From the NCBI GenBank assembly GCA_965248925.1, contig CBDFLE010000005.1, positions 704,001-768,000 on the forward strand: a stretch of DNA of 64,000 nucleotides, in the 5' to 3' direction. A model generated the notes under the pieces. It made no database searches. It was not told where the DNA came from and saw nothing but the letters and a program-made list of their open reading frames with translations. This DNA comes from Candidatus Multivoradales bacterium. GTDB lineage: Bacteria; Acidobacteriota; Thermoanaerobaculia; Multivoradales; J023. Within the stretch, counting starts at the first letter, position 1; each line of letters begins with the position of its first letter. Shown here piece after piece: positions 28,583-38,379 of this stretch. A program made the translations under genes and the position numbers.

Positions 28583-28609
28583 GTAGGGGCGCACGCCGTG
28601 CGCCCCTAC
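28583..28609. repeat. GTAG-type REP-like palindrome
   Basis: GTAGGGGCGCAC-GCC-GTGCGCCCCTAC, a perfect 12-bp stem between convergent genes. Confidence 0.75.
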
Positions 28610-28698
28610 ACCGGGAGAGTCCCGGCAGTTGAGAGCTACAGGCCAGTTGGGCGCGCGCCCGCCGCTGGAAGCGGACGACACGGCCAACTATCGGGCCA

Positions 28699-30192
<1,494 letters not shown>

Positions 30193-30229
30193 GGATAAGC
30201 TCCTACAAGTTGGAGAGTAGTGAGGTCAC

Positions 30230-31252
30230 TTAATGAGTGCTGGGTTGGGTGCTACCGCCCGTGCTGGAGACTGCAACCCGTTGCGGCTCGACCCGAGTGA
30301 TGCGGGCGGGGCCGTCACGGCGAGCGGTGGCGGCAAAAAGGGCCGGACCCTTGGCTGTCGTATCGATCGGCAAAGGGTGATAGTGGGGGCTGCCGAAGCC
30401 GCCCTGGTCGAAGAGGTCGAGCACGCTCTTGGCGGAGAAGCCCAGCCAGACGTGACCCATCTCGCGGCGAAAATCTTCTCGCTCGTGAGGCGCCATATCG
30501 ACCACCAGCAAGCGGCCGCCAGGTTTGAGCACGCGGTGGGCTTCAGCCAGCACCAGAGCCGGTTCGGGGACGTGGTGCAGAGCGAGAAAGAGGGTAGCGG
30601 CGTCGAGTTCGCGATCGTCAAAAGGCAGTTTCTCAAGGTCCCCCTGGCGCACCTCGACGTTGTCGTTGTCGGCAAGCCGCTGGCGCGCCGCTGCGAGCAT
30701 GGCGGCGGAGCCGTCGACGGCGATGACCCGGTCGACGAAGGGGGCCAAACACTCCGCCACCCGACCAGTGCCACAGGCCAAGTCGGCGACGTGCAAGTCG
30801 CTGTCGAGCAAACCCAGTAGGGCCTTGAGGTCGAAGCGGCTGCCAAACAGATCGTCCCGCAAGCGGTCCCAACGACCCGCGGTGGAGTTAAAGAACTGCC
30901 TCGAGCGGGTCTGCCGCAGAGCAAGAACCTCATCCAGCCGAGCACGATCCTCAGCGAATACCGAGGTCGCCGCCAATTGATCGCGGAACAGCCGCCATAG
31001 CGGCCTGGCGGCGGCACTCAGTTCGTTGACCGTCAAGCGGTAGAAGCGACAGGTACCCTCGCGGCGTGAGCCCAGCCAGCCGCCATCGGCCAGCACTCGC
31101 AGGTGCCGGCTGACCGTCGACTGCGGCAGCTGCACCGCGGCACACAGCTCGCTTACGGTGAGTTCCCGACCCTCTACCAGTTGCAGGAGACGGCAGCGAG
31201 TGAGGTCGGTCAGGCTGGACGCGAGGTCGAGAATTTGTGGTTTGTTAGTCAT
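30230..31252 (-). CDS. ArsR-HTH + SAM-methyltransferase regulator (SahR-like)
   Basis: 'ELTVSELC…PQSTVSRHLRVL' plus 'DLACGTG…LALHHV'; directly upstream of ahcY. Confidence 0.92.
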   Translation of the reverse strand: MTNKPQILDLASSLTDLTRCRLLQLVEGRELTVSELCAAVQLPQSTVSRHLRVLADGGWLGSRREGTCRFYRLTVNELSAAARPLWRLFRDQLAATSVFAEDRARLDEVLALRQTRSRQFFNSTAGRWDRLRDDLFGSRFDLKALLGLLDSDLHVADLACGTGRVAECLAPFVDRVIAVDGSAAMLAAARQRLADNDNVEVRQGDLEKLPFDDRELDAATLFLALHHVPEPALVLAEAHRVLKPGGRLLVVDMAPHEREDFRREMGHVWLGFSAKSVLDLFDQGGFGSPHYHPLPIDTTAKGPALFAATARRDGPARITRVEPQRVAVSSTGGSTQPSTH

Positions 31253-31308
31253 CGCGATGATACCGGGTGGATGGCTTGCGCAGCGCTGAGCGCCCAAACC
31301 GCTCGTAC

Positions 31309-31356
31309 ATCCGTTCATCCGGATGGACAGTGTACAGCGCTTTGGCGTCTTGTCAA
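31309..31356 (-). promoter_or_regulatory. Sigma70 promoter with adjacent palindromic operator
   Basis: TTGACA-N16-TACACT (31356-31329), then ATCCG-N6-CGGAT (31309-31324) over the expected +1. Confidence 0.65.
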
Positions 31357-31468
31357 GCCGCTGACCTGGCATTCGCCTAGAGACTCTGGCAGTGTTAGTC
31401 TAGTGTGGGCATTGGGCTAGCGGCACCGGACCTGCCCGCTGCCCAATCGCCAGCCGGATTCTTCGACC

Positions 31469-31894
31469 ATGCGTGGCAAGAAACACACCAGCGGTCCACA
31501 GGCGGGATTCTCCCTGATCGAAACGCTGCTCGGCCTGATGCTGATCGGCATCGGCCTGCTTTTCTCTTTCGCCTTTCTGCTGCAGCACGGCCAAGCGGTG
31601 AACCGAATGCGAGCCCACGAAGCCGCTTTGCAGGCTCTCGATTCGTATCTTGAAGACCTGCGCGGGGGTGCTCAAGCCGACCTGCTGCTGGGCCTGCCAG
31701 TTACTATCGATGGTGGCGAGTCCAGTGATGGTAGCGAGAGTTCCAGCAATCTGCCCACCATTCAGCTGGTGAGCGAGATCGTTCCGGCTTCGACCAACGG
31801 TTTGCTGCGGGTGCGCTTGACCGCGAACTACGCTGTGGCCGGTCGCCTCTACAAACGCCAAGTAGAGTCCCTGCTGTGGCGGCCCGTGCCATGA
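31469..31894 (+). CDS. Prepilin-type N-terminal cleavage/methylation protein
   Basis: 'QAGFSLIETL' followed by a hydrophobic helix. Confidence 0.85.
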   Translation: MRGKKHTSGPQAGFSLIETLLGLMLIGIGLLFSFAFLLQHGQAVNRMRAHEAALQALDSYLEDLRGGAQADLLLGLPVTIDGGESSDGSESSSNLPTIQLVSEIVPASTNGLLRVRLTANYAVAGRLYKRQVESLLWRPVP

Positions 31895-32466
31895 CCGGCA
31901 GCGACAGCCAGGCAAGCTTGCCAACCGCTTTATCGCTGGCCGGCGAGCGGCAGGCGGGCTTCAGCTTGCTGGAACTCGTGGTTTCATCCTCCCTGCTGCT
32001 GCTCGCCCTTCTTTTAGTTGGCGAGCAACTCGGCACAGCGCGACTGCAGGTAGCTCGTGGCGAAGCGCACGCGCTCGAACCCAGCGTGATTTTGGCTATC
32101 GAGCAACTGCGGGCCGACATTCTGCTCAGCAAGGGCGCTGATACCAGCAGTATTCTCGCGGCCAGCAACGAGTGGACCCACGAACCACTGAGCCTGCGCG
32201 GCCATCCCGCTGGGATGGTGGTTTTCGCTCTTGAGGGGCGCCAGCTAATACGCAGGCTTTCTACCACCAGTGGCGATCCGGGGCGGCCGATGCTCTCGGG
32301 GGTGACTCTATTCCGCTGGCTCCGCCGCTCTCCCGGCGACGTCTTGCAAATCGAAGTAGCTTATCGACGCCCGTCACCGGTGGGAACTGACCCCGCCCTA
32401 GGTGGCCAACTAGTGCGACGAGTGATTCGCGTTTCGCCGCGGGCAAACGGCGGCATCCGATGGTAG
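31891..32466 (+). CDS. Prepilin-type (PulJ/PilW-like) protein
   Basis: 'QAGFSLLELVV'; ATGA overlap with the previous gene. Confidence 0.8.
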   Translation: MTGSDSQASLPTALSLAGERQAGFSLLELVVSSSLLLLALLLVGEQLGTARLQVARGEAHALEPSVILAIEQLRADILLSKGADTSSILAASNEWTHEPLSLRGHPAGMVVFALEGRQLIRRLSTTSGDPGRPMLSGVTLFRWLRRSPGDVLQIEVAYRRPSPVGTDPALGGQLVRRVIRVSPRANGGIRW

Positions 32467-32885
32467 TCGGCAGTCACGCTCGGTCGAGCCAGTCTGGCTA
32501 TGCCACCCTCTTGGCTCTGTTCATGCTGGTGATGCTGGCGGCCGGCATGGCGATCTTGGCTAGCGGCGTGAGTCGTCACGAAAGGGCCTTGCGCACCACC
32601 GACCGTAACCTCCGCCTGACCGCCCTCAGCGATGCTGGCGTCGCCGAGGCTCTTTCCGGGATTGCCATCACCCCGTCCTACCGCGGCGGCGGTCCGATGG
32701 AGATGGGAGGGGGCACCTACAAGATTGCGGCTCAGGTCGTCGGCTATCGGCGACTAGAAGCCAAGGTCGAGGTTGAGTATGGCAAAGTGCGGCGCACCGT
32801 GCTGGTGGAAGTGATGCTCGAAGGATCGGACGCCCGCCCGCGAGTGGTCAGTTGGCGCCGGCTCGGCAACTCAGAGCTTCGCTGA
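32460..32885 (+). CDS. PilX/GspK-like minor pilin
   Basis: 'QSGYATLLAL' lacking Glu5; 'DAGVAEAL'. Confidence 0.7.
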   Translation: MVVGSHARSSQSGYATLLALFMLVMLAAGMAILASGVSRHERALRTTDRNLRLTALSDAGVAEALSGIAITPSYRGGGPMEMGGGTYKIAAQVVGYRRLEAKVEVEYGKVRRTVLVEVMLEGSDARPRVVSWRRLGNSELR

Positions 32886-32896
32886 GGGCCGAGCGC

Positions 32897-33172
32897 TCAA
32901 CTGGATTCGGTTCCACTAGGATCCTCTCGGCGGTGAACGGCGCATTGGATCAGCTCACTGACCCGTTCAGCATTGCTGGCCGAGACCCACAGCCCAACTC
33001 CTTCAGGGGTGACACCGGTCATGCCGGGGCCAAAAATACCCACATCAGCACCCTTGACGATGAAGGGAATCTCGAATTGATCGAGGGCATGGCCGATGGT
33101 CTCGGCCTCGAGCCGTGATGGAAAGCGGGCAATTTCCACCAAATCGAGGTCCGTGTCGTTTTTTCCAACCAC
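32897..33172 (-). CDS. DUF2007-like small protein
   Basis: 'LVEIARF…EAETIGHALDQFEIPF…VGLWV…AERV'. Confidence 0.7.
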   Translation of the reverse strand: MVGKNDTDLDLVEIARFPSRLEAETIGHALDQFEIPFIVKGADVGIFGPGMTGVTPEGVGLWVSASNAERVSELIQCAVHRREDPSGTESS

Positions 33173-33177
33173 CGTGT

Positions 33178-34530
33178 TTAGCTCTGGCCTTTCAATTTCT
33201 GCTGCGCCAATTTGCGGTTGTTAACCGCTTCCTTGAGTTTCCTGTTGAGCTTCAAAGCGCTGCTGTAATCGTCGACGGCGGCCTGAAAGGAACCCTGCTG
33301 AAAATGTAAGTTGCCGCGCTGTACCCAGGTGGTGGCTAGCTTGGGATCTATTTCGATCGCCTGGTCAAGATCGCTCATCGCACCCTGCGGATCGCCGCTC
33401 CCGAGATGAGCGCTGGCCCGATTCGTATACATGAAGGCGCGGCCCGGTTGCAACTCAATCGAGGCGGAAAAATCGGCGGCGGCGGCGGCGTAGTTGCCCA
33501 GCTCCAAGTGCGTCAGACCGCGGTTGTTGTAGGCCGAGACCGAGCTGTCGTCGATCAACAAGGCGGCGCTGAAGTCCTTGATGGCCTCGGTCAGCTCACC
33601 CTTGCTGCGGTGCAGGCCGGCCTGGTAGAGCAGCGTCGAAGCGCGTTGCCGGCGTTGCTGGGGGTCCTCAGGGGCCGCTGTCGGGGCATTTTCCACCGCC
33701 GCTTGGCGCTGCGCTTCATCGGCTCTGCGACGGGCCTCCGCGGCCGCGGCTTCGGCCGCCGCCCGAGTCTTGGCTTCGCTGGCTCTTAGTTGCTCTGCGG
33801 CTTGCTGCCGGGCTTGCTGCTCGGCGGCTTGGGCGCGGGCAGCTTGCTCGGCTTGCCCTCGCGCCTTGGCCTCAGCGACCGCGCGAGCCTGCTGTTCCGC
33901 CAGGCGCCGCGCTTCTGCCTCCGCGGCGGCGCGAGCGCTGGCGGCGGCGCGGGCCTTGGCCTCGGCCGCGACAACGCCCTCGGCCTCGATCGCTGCTCGC
34001 TCTTCAGCGCGCCGACGAGCTGCCACTTCCGCTTGCTGCTGGGCCTCTTGGCGGGCTTTCATCTCGGCCTGGCGGCGATTCTCAATCTCGGCTTCGGCGC
34101 TGGCCTGTTGCTCTGCTTGGCGACTGGCCTCAGCCTCGGCTGCGGCCAGGGCCTGGGCAGCGCTGCGGGCGTGTGCTTCGGCAGCAGCCCTGGCTTCTGC
34201 TGCGAGCTGGATGCGGGCCGAGCTAGCTTGGCGCTCGGATTCACGCTCTAGTTCGGCGGTCTGGCGCTCGGCAGCAAGCTGACGCTCGACGGCCGCTTCG
34301 CTCGCCAAACGCTGAGCTTCCTCTCGGGCTAGGCGCTCAGCGTTGTGCGCCGCTGCCGGAGCTGCAGACGCGGGCCGCTCAGCCACCCGGCTTGGGGCTG
34401 GCTGAGGGGGAGATGGAGTGTCGACAATCGTCGCTCTCACTACCTTCGGGCCACTCGAGCAAGCGAGGACCGAGGCCGCGGCGATGGCCGCGAGGAGAAG
34501 GGCGGGGGAGAGGTTCCGACTCAGTCTCAT
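33178..34530 (-). CDS. Lipoprotein with Ala/Glu/Arg-rich coiled coil and C-terminal TPRs
   Basis: Lipobox VLAC; long helical linker; 'AYNNRG', 'YTNRA' TPRs. Confidence 0.85.
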   Translation of the reverse strand: MRLSRNLSPALLLAAIAAASVLACSSGPKVVRATIVDTPSPPQPAPSRVAERPASAAPAAAHNAERLAREEAQRLASEAAVERQLAAERQTAELERESERQASSARIQLAAEARAAAEAHARSAAQALAAAEAEASRQAEQQASAEAEIENRRQAEMKARQEAQQQAEVAARRRAEERAAIEAEGVVAAEAKARAAASARAAAEAEARRLAEQQARAVAEAKARGQAEQAARAQAAEQQARQQAAEQLRASEAKTRAAAEAAAAEARRRADEAQRQAAVENAPTAAPEDPQQRRQRASTLLYQAGLHRSKGELTEAIKDFSAALLIDDSSVSAYNNRGLTHLELGNYAAAAADFSASIELQPGRAFMYTNRASAHLGSGDPQGAMSDLDQAIEIDPKLATTWVQRGNLHFQQGSFQAAVDDYSSALKLNRKLKEAVNNRKLAQQKLKGQS

Positions 34531-34700
34531 GACGCACTCCTGTTCCTAATGTGGATTCATCCAAAGCGATTTTAGGCCGAGCGGGCGAGGAAAACAAACC
34601 TTGGGGGCCGTTTCTACTCTCTGCTGCCGCGGATCGCTGCCGTGGAGCTTCCATTCGCGGCCTCCATGAACTCGTGAAGTGTCGATCAACGCTACGTCGC

Positions 34701-36614
34701 TCAGCTGATCTCGGCTCCCTCGTCGGCCGCTGCCCCGGCCACCCTCTCTCCACCTTCGAGGGGCTCGTCGGGAGGTGGGGTGAGTATGGCGTTGAGCCGC
34801 TGCTCGAAGAGAGAGGTGGTAGCCAGCAGAGTGAGTTCGCTGTAGACGCTGAGTTCTTCGAGATCGATCTCGAAGTTCGGGCGCTCGTCCTTCCAGGCAC
34901 AGATCAGCCGCAGATCGCTATCCTCTGCCAGCAAGAGATCGCGCAGCTGGTGATCGCGCTGCGGCCCGGTGGGCACGGCGACGGTGGCTAACTGCGCCTT
35001 GCAGTTCTCGAGCAAGCGACACCAGTGGGTCATGGCAAAAGGTCGATTGCCAAGTAGATCGAGCCAAGCCTTGCGCAAGCGTCCAAGGTCCTCAGCCGGC
35101 CGCTGCATGGCCACAATCGGGTGCTCGACCCCAAACTCGTCGCGTACCAGCTCAGCCACCAGTAGATTCAACTCATCGTTGGCGGTCAGCGCCAACACTC
35201 GCGAATCGCGCTCGATGCCAGCAACTTGGTAGGTCTCAGTCGCTCGCGCATCGCCGCGGACGCTGACAATGTCGTGGGCGGCAAGTTGATCGAGCTTCTC
35301 CTGATCTGAATCGATCACCAACGAGGTCCAGCCGCGTTGCTTGAACTCAAGGGCCAAGCGCGTCGATAGGGTGTTGGAGCCGACAAAAACCAGCAAACGC
35401 CGGGAGGGGTCGTCCAAGTAGCCGAGTATCCTGGGCAGCACAATCGCCATGGCGGTGGCCCAGGTGCAAGTCAATAAGATGACCAAGTAGGTCAGCCCTT
35501 CGAGATTGGCGGCGGCCTGCACCTGCCCTCCTTCGCGCAGTTGAATCGCCGCCAGAGAAGCGACTGCGGCGGCGACAATACCGCGCGGCGCGGTCAAGCC
35601 CAAGACTACTTTCTCGCGCCAGCTCAAGCGGCTTGGTGGGATCACCGAGGCCAGTACCGACAGTGGCCGGACGATCAGAATCAACCCCAGGGCGACTGCC
35701 AGCCCACGCCAACCGAGGTCGACTATCGCCCCTAGGTCAAGTTGGCCCGAGAGCAGCACGAACAAGACCGAGATGATCAGCACGGTGAGTTGCTCTTTGA
35801 AAGCTTTGAGCGGATGCACATCGGCAACTTCGCTGAAAGACATCGCCAAGCCCATCACCACCGCGGCAACGATGCCGGATTGGGGCGCCAGCTGCTCAGC
35901 GACTAAATATGCACCGAGCAGCAGGGCCAGGACCACGAGATTGCGCAGTTCGCCAGCCACCCGGCGGTTCTGCGACACCAGGCGGCCGATGGCCGCCGCC
36001 GCGTATCCCAACACCGAGCCAACCAGCACCAGAGTGAAGATCTCGATGATCATCGAGTGCCAATCAGGCGCCACTTGACTGCTACTCACGGTCTGCAAGA
36101 CCAGATAGGCCAGCACCGCGCCGATGGGGTCGATCATCAAGCCTTCCGACAGGAGGATGGTACGGACTCTGCGGGGCGCGATCATGTGGCGTAGCAGGGG
36201 CGCCACCACCGTCGGGCCGGTGACGGTGACAATGGCGCCAAAGAGGACGGCGGTCGACCACTCGACGCCGCCGAGCCAATGGGCCAGCCAAGCGGCGCCG
36301 ATCCAGGTGACGAAAACACCCACCGACAGCAAATTGCGCACCGTTCGGCCGACCTTCTGCAATTGCCCCAGGTCGAGGGATAGACCACCCTCGAAGAGGA
36401 TCACCGCTACCCCCAGGTGAATAATCGCCTCCAGGGCTCCGCCGAGGGTTTCAGGGTGCAGGAATTCAAGGCCAAACGGTCCAGCGGCCATGCCAATCAG
36501 CAGCAAGGGGAGGATGGCCGGTAGCTTCAATCGATGCGCCACTACCTGAGCCAGAATGCCCAGGAATACAGCTATCACCAGCGTGGCGAGAATTTCTTCC
36601 GTGGTCGAGTGCAC
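34701..36614 (-). CDS. Cation:proton antiporter (CPA1) with TrkA-N-like domain
   Basis: 'ILFEGGLSL', 'VTGPTVV', 'EGLMIDPIG', 'APRGIVAAAVAS'. Confidence 0.92.
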   Translation of the reverse strand: MHSTTEEILATLVIAVFLGILAQVVAHRLKLPAILPLLLIGMAAGPFGLEFLHPETLGGALEAIIHLGVAVILFEGGLSLDLGQLQKVGRTVRNLLSVGVFVTWIGAAWLAHWLGGVEWSTAVLFGAIVTVTGPTVVAPLLRHMIAPRRVRTILLSEGLMIDPIGAVLAYLVLQTVSSSQVAPDWHSMIIEIFTLVLVGSVLGYAAAAIGRLVSQNRRVAGELRNLVVLALLLGAYLVAEQLAPQSGIVAAVVMGLAMSFSEVADVHPLKAFKEQLTVLIISVLFVLLSGQLDLGAIVDLGWRGLAVALGLILIVRPLSVLASVIPPSRLSWREKVVLGLTAPRGIVAAAVASLAAIQLREGGQVQAAANLEGLTYLVILLTCTWATAMAIVLPRILGYLDDPSRRLLVFVGSNTLSTRLALEFKQRGWTSLVIDSDQEKLDQLAAHDIVSVRGDARATETYQVAGIERDSRVLALTANDELNLLVAELVRDEFGVEHPIVAMQRPAEDLGRLRKAWLDLLGNRPFAMTHWCRLLENCKAQLATVAVPTGPQRDHQLRDLLLAEDSDLRLICAWKDERPNFEIDLEELSVYSELTLLATTSLFEQRLNAILTPPPDEPLEGGERVAGAAADEGAEIS

Positions 36615-36781
36615 TCCGTACCCTCCGTCCGCTCTGCCGACGCGCCAGCCGGGCCGGCCAGCCGCGGTCTCGGTCTCGGTCTCAGCTGAGCTGTTGGCCG
36701 GGGGCAGAGTATCCGAGCCTTGATCGGGAAGCTAGCGCGCAGCCGCTGAGAAGATCCGAGTGGCGATGAAAGAAGACGCCC

Positions 36782-38359
36782 GTGGCTGCTAAGATGGCCT
36801 CGATCGGGCAGCATTCGCCCGGCAGGTGGTTTGTGGAGGATGGAGCATTGATACCAAGTCCGGGCCAACTGGAGGCCATTTCACATCTGCGGCAGGGCGA
36901 TCTCAGCGAAGTCCCGTTTGCTGTGTTGATCCACGCCCTCGCCATTCGCCAGAGTTCGGCGGTGCTGGAGATAGAGCGCCCGCCGTTGAAAAAGTCGATC
37001 CACCTTGAGCGTGGGGTACCGGTCGATTGCCGATCCAACATCTTGCAAGATACCTTCGGCCAGTTCTTGGTCGATAGCGGCAAGCTCTCCCAGGAGCACT
37101 CTCAGTCAGCGATGGCCAAGGCAGCTTCACAGGGCATTCAGCTCGGCGAGAGGCTGATTCTCGAAGGATTCTTCAGTCCCACCGACCTCTACCGGCTGCT
37201 GCAGCAGAGTCTGGCCAAGAAGCTGCTCGACCTTTTTACTTGGCGCACTGGGCAGTTTCGTGTGGCCCAAGTCTCGGCGCGGGTAGAATCGCCCTTGAAA
37301 GTCAGAGTGGCACAGCTGGTGGTGACCGGTATTTCGAAGTTCGCCTCCCAGGAAGAGGTCAACCTGGCGATCGGTGAAGTGGTCGGCAAGATGCTCTACC
37401 TGCATCCCGAGCCCCCCTATGCATTGGCTGAATTGCATCTGAGTTCGCACCAGCAGAAGCTGGTACAGCTGATGGCGGGGGGCAAGAGAATTGATGAGCT
37501 GGCAGCAGAAACCTCGATTCCCTTCGACGAGATCACCCGCTTGCTGTATTCCCTGGCGGTGATCGGCACCATCGTTCCCGAAGAGTGGTTGCCCAAAGAG
37601 CCGCCGGCAAGCCTGCCGAGCGAGCCGAGCAGCCCGCCATCCACGACCATTCCGGCAGAGCGGATCGAGCAGCAGCGTGATCAGCTGATGGCGGCCTATT
37701 TGCGCCACCGCAAACAAGATGCATTTGACCTTCTAGGATTGGCCGAGACGGCGAAGCAGGTGGACATCGAACAGCGTTTTCTCGAATTCACCGATCGCTA
37801 CGTGCCCTATCGTTTTGCCGCTCCCGACTTAGAGGACTTGCGGGAAAAGGCTGAGGATTTGTTCCTTGCCGGCAGCCGGGCCTACGGCGAACTCTGTGAT
37901 GTCGAGCACCGCAACAGCATGATCTTGCGGCGACAGAACTTACGTCAGGATGCGGCTAATCAGCCAGCCGCGGAGCGTTTCAAGATCAAGTCCAATCTGT
38001 TGGACTCTGAGTTGCAGTATCGGCGAGCCAAGGCGTTGATGGACAAGGGCAACTACCGCGAGGCTCTGCAGGAAATTCAATTTGCCTACGACTGCGATCC
38101 GCAGAACTCAACCTACCGCGCCGAACTGGCTTACTGTCACTTTCTTGACCGGCCCGAGGAAGCTGCCGACAGCGCACTCAAGGAACTTTCAGAGACACTG
38201 CGGATCGACCCGAAATCCGGCTTGACGATGTACTACGCCGGCTGCATTCACGCTCACTTGGACAAACGCCAAGAAGCGGAAGATCTGCTGCGCAAGGCAA
38301 TCCGCTTGATGATGCCCGATCGCCGGCCGATCGAGGCGCTGAAGGCGTTGTTGAACTGA
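36782..38359 (+). CDS. DUF4388-like + degenerate J-like + TPR protein
   Basis: 'QGDLSEVPFAVL', 'FGQFLVDSGKL', 'LFTWRTGQFR', 'DAFDLLGL', C-terminal TPRs. Confidence 0.75.
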   Translation: MAAKMASIGQHSPGRWFVEDGALIPSPGQLEAISHLRQGDLSEVPFAVLIHALAIRQSSAVLEIERPPLKKSIHLERGVPVDCRSNILQDTFGQFLVDSGKLSQEHSQSAMAKAASQGIQLGERLILEGFFSPTDLYRLLQQSLAKKLLDLFTWRTGQFRVAQVSARVESPLKVRVAQLVVTGISKFASQEEVNLAIGEVVGKMLYLHPEPPYALAELHLSSHQQKLVQLMAGGKRIDELAAETSIPFDEITRLLYSLAVIGTIVPEEWLPKEPPASLPSEPSSPPSTTIPAERIEQQRDQLMAAYLRHRKQDAFDLLGLAETAKQVDIEQRFLEFTDRYVPYRFAAPDLEDLREKAEDLFLAGSRAYGELCDVEHRNSMILRRQNLRQDAANQPAAERFKIKSNLLDSELQYRRAKALMDKGNYREALQEIQFAYDCDPQNSTYRAELAYCHFLDRPEEAADSALKELSETLRIDPKSGLTMYYAGCIHAHLDKRQEAEDLLRKAIRLMMPDRRPIEALKALLN

Positions 38360-38379
38360 TCCTTAGCCTCCGCCCAGGA

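Noticed and set aside
33660-34340. Low-complexity repeats and antisense ORFs in the TPR lipoprotein
   Set aside because: Explained by Ala/Glu/Arg coiled-coil coding.
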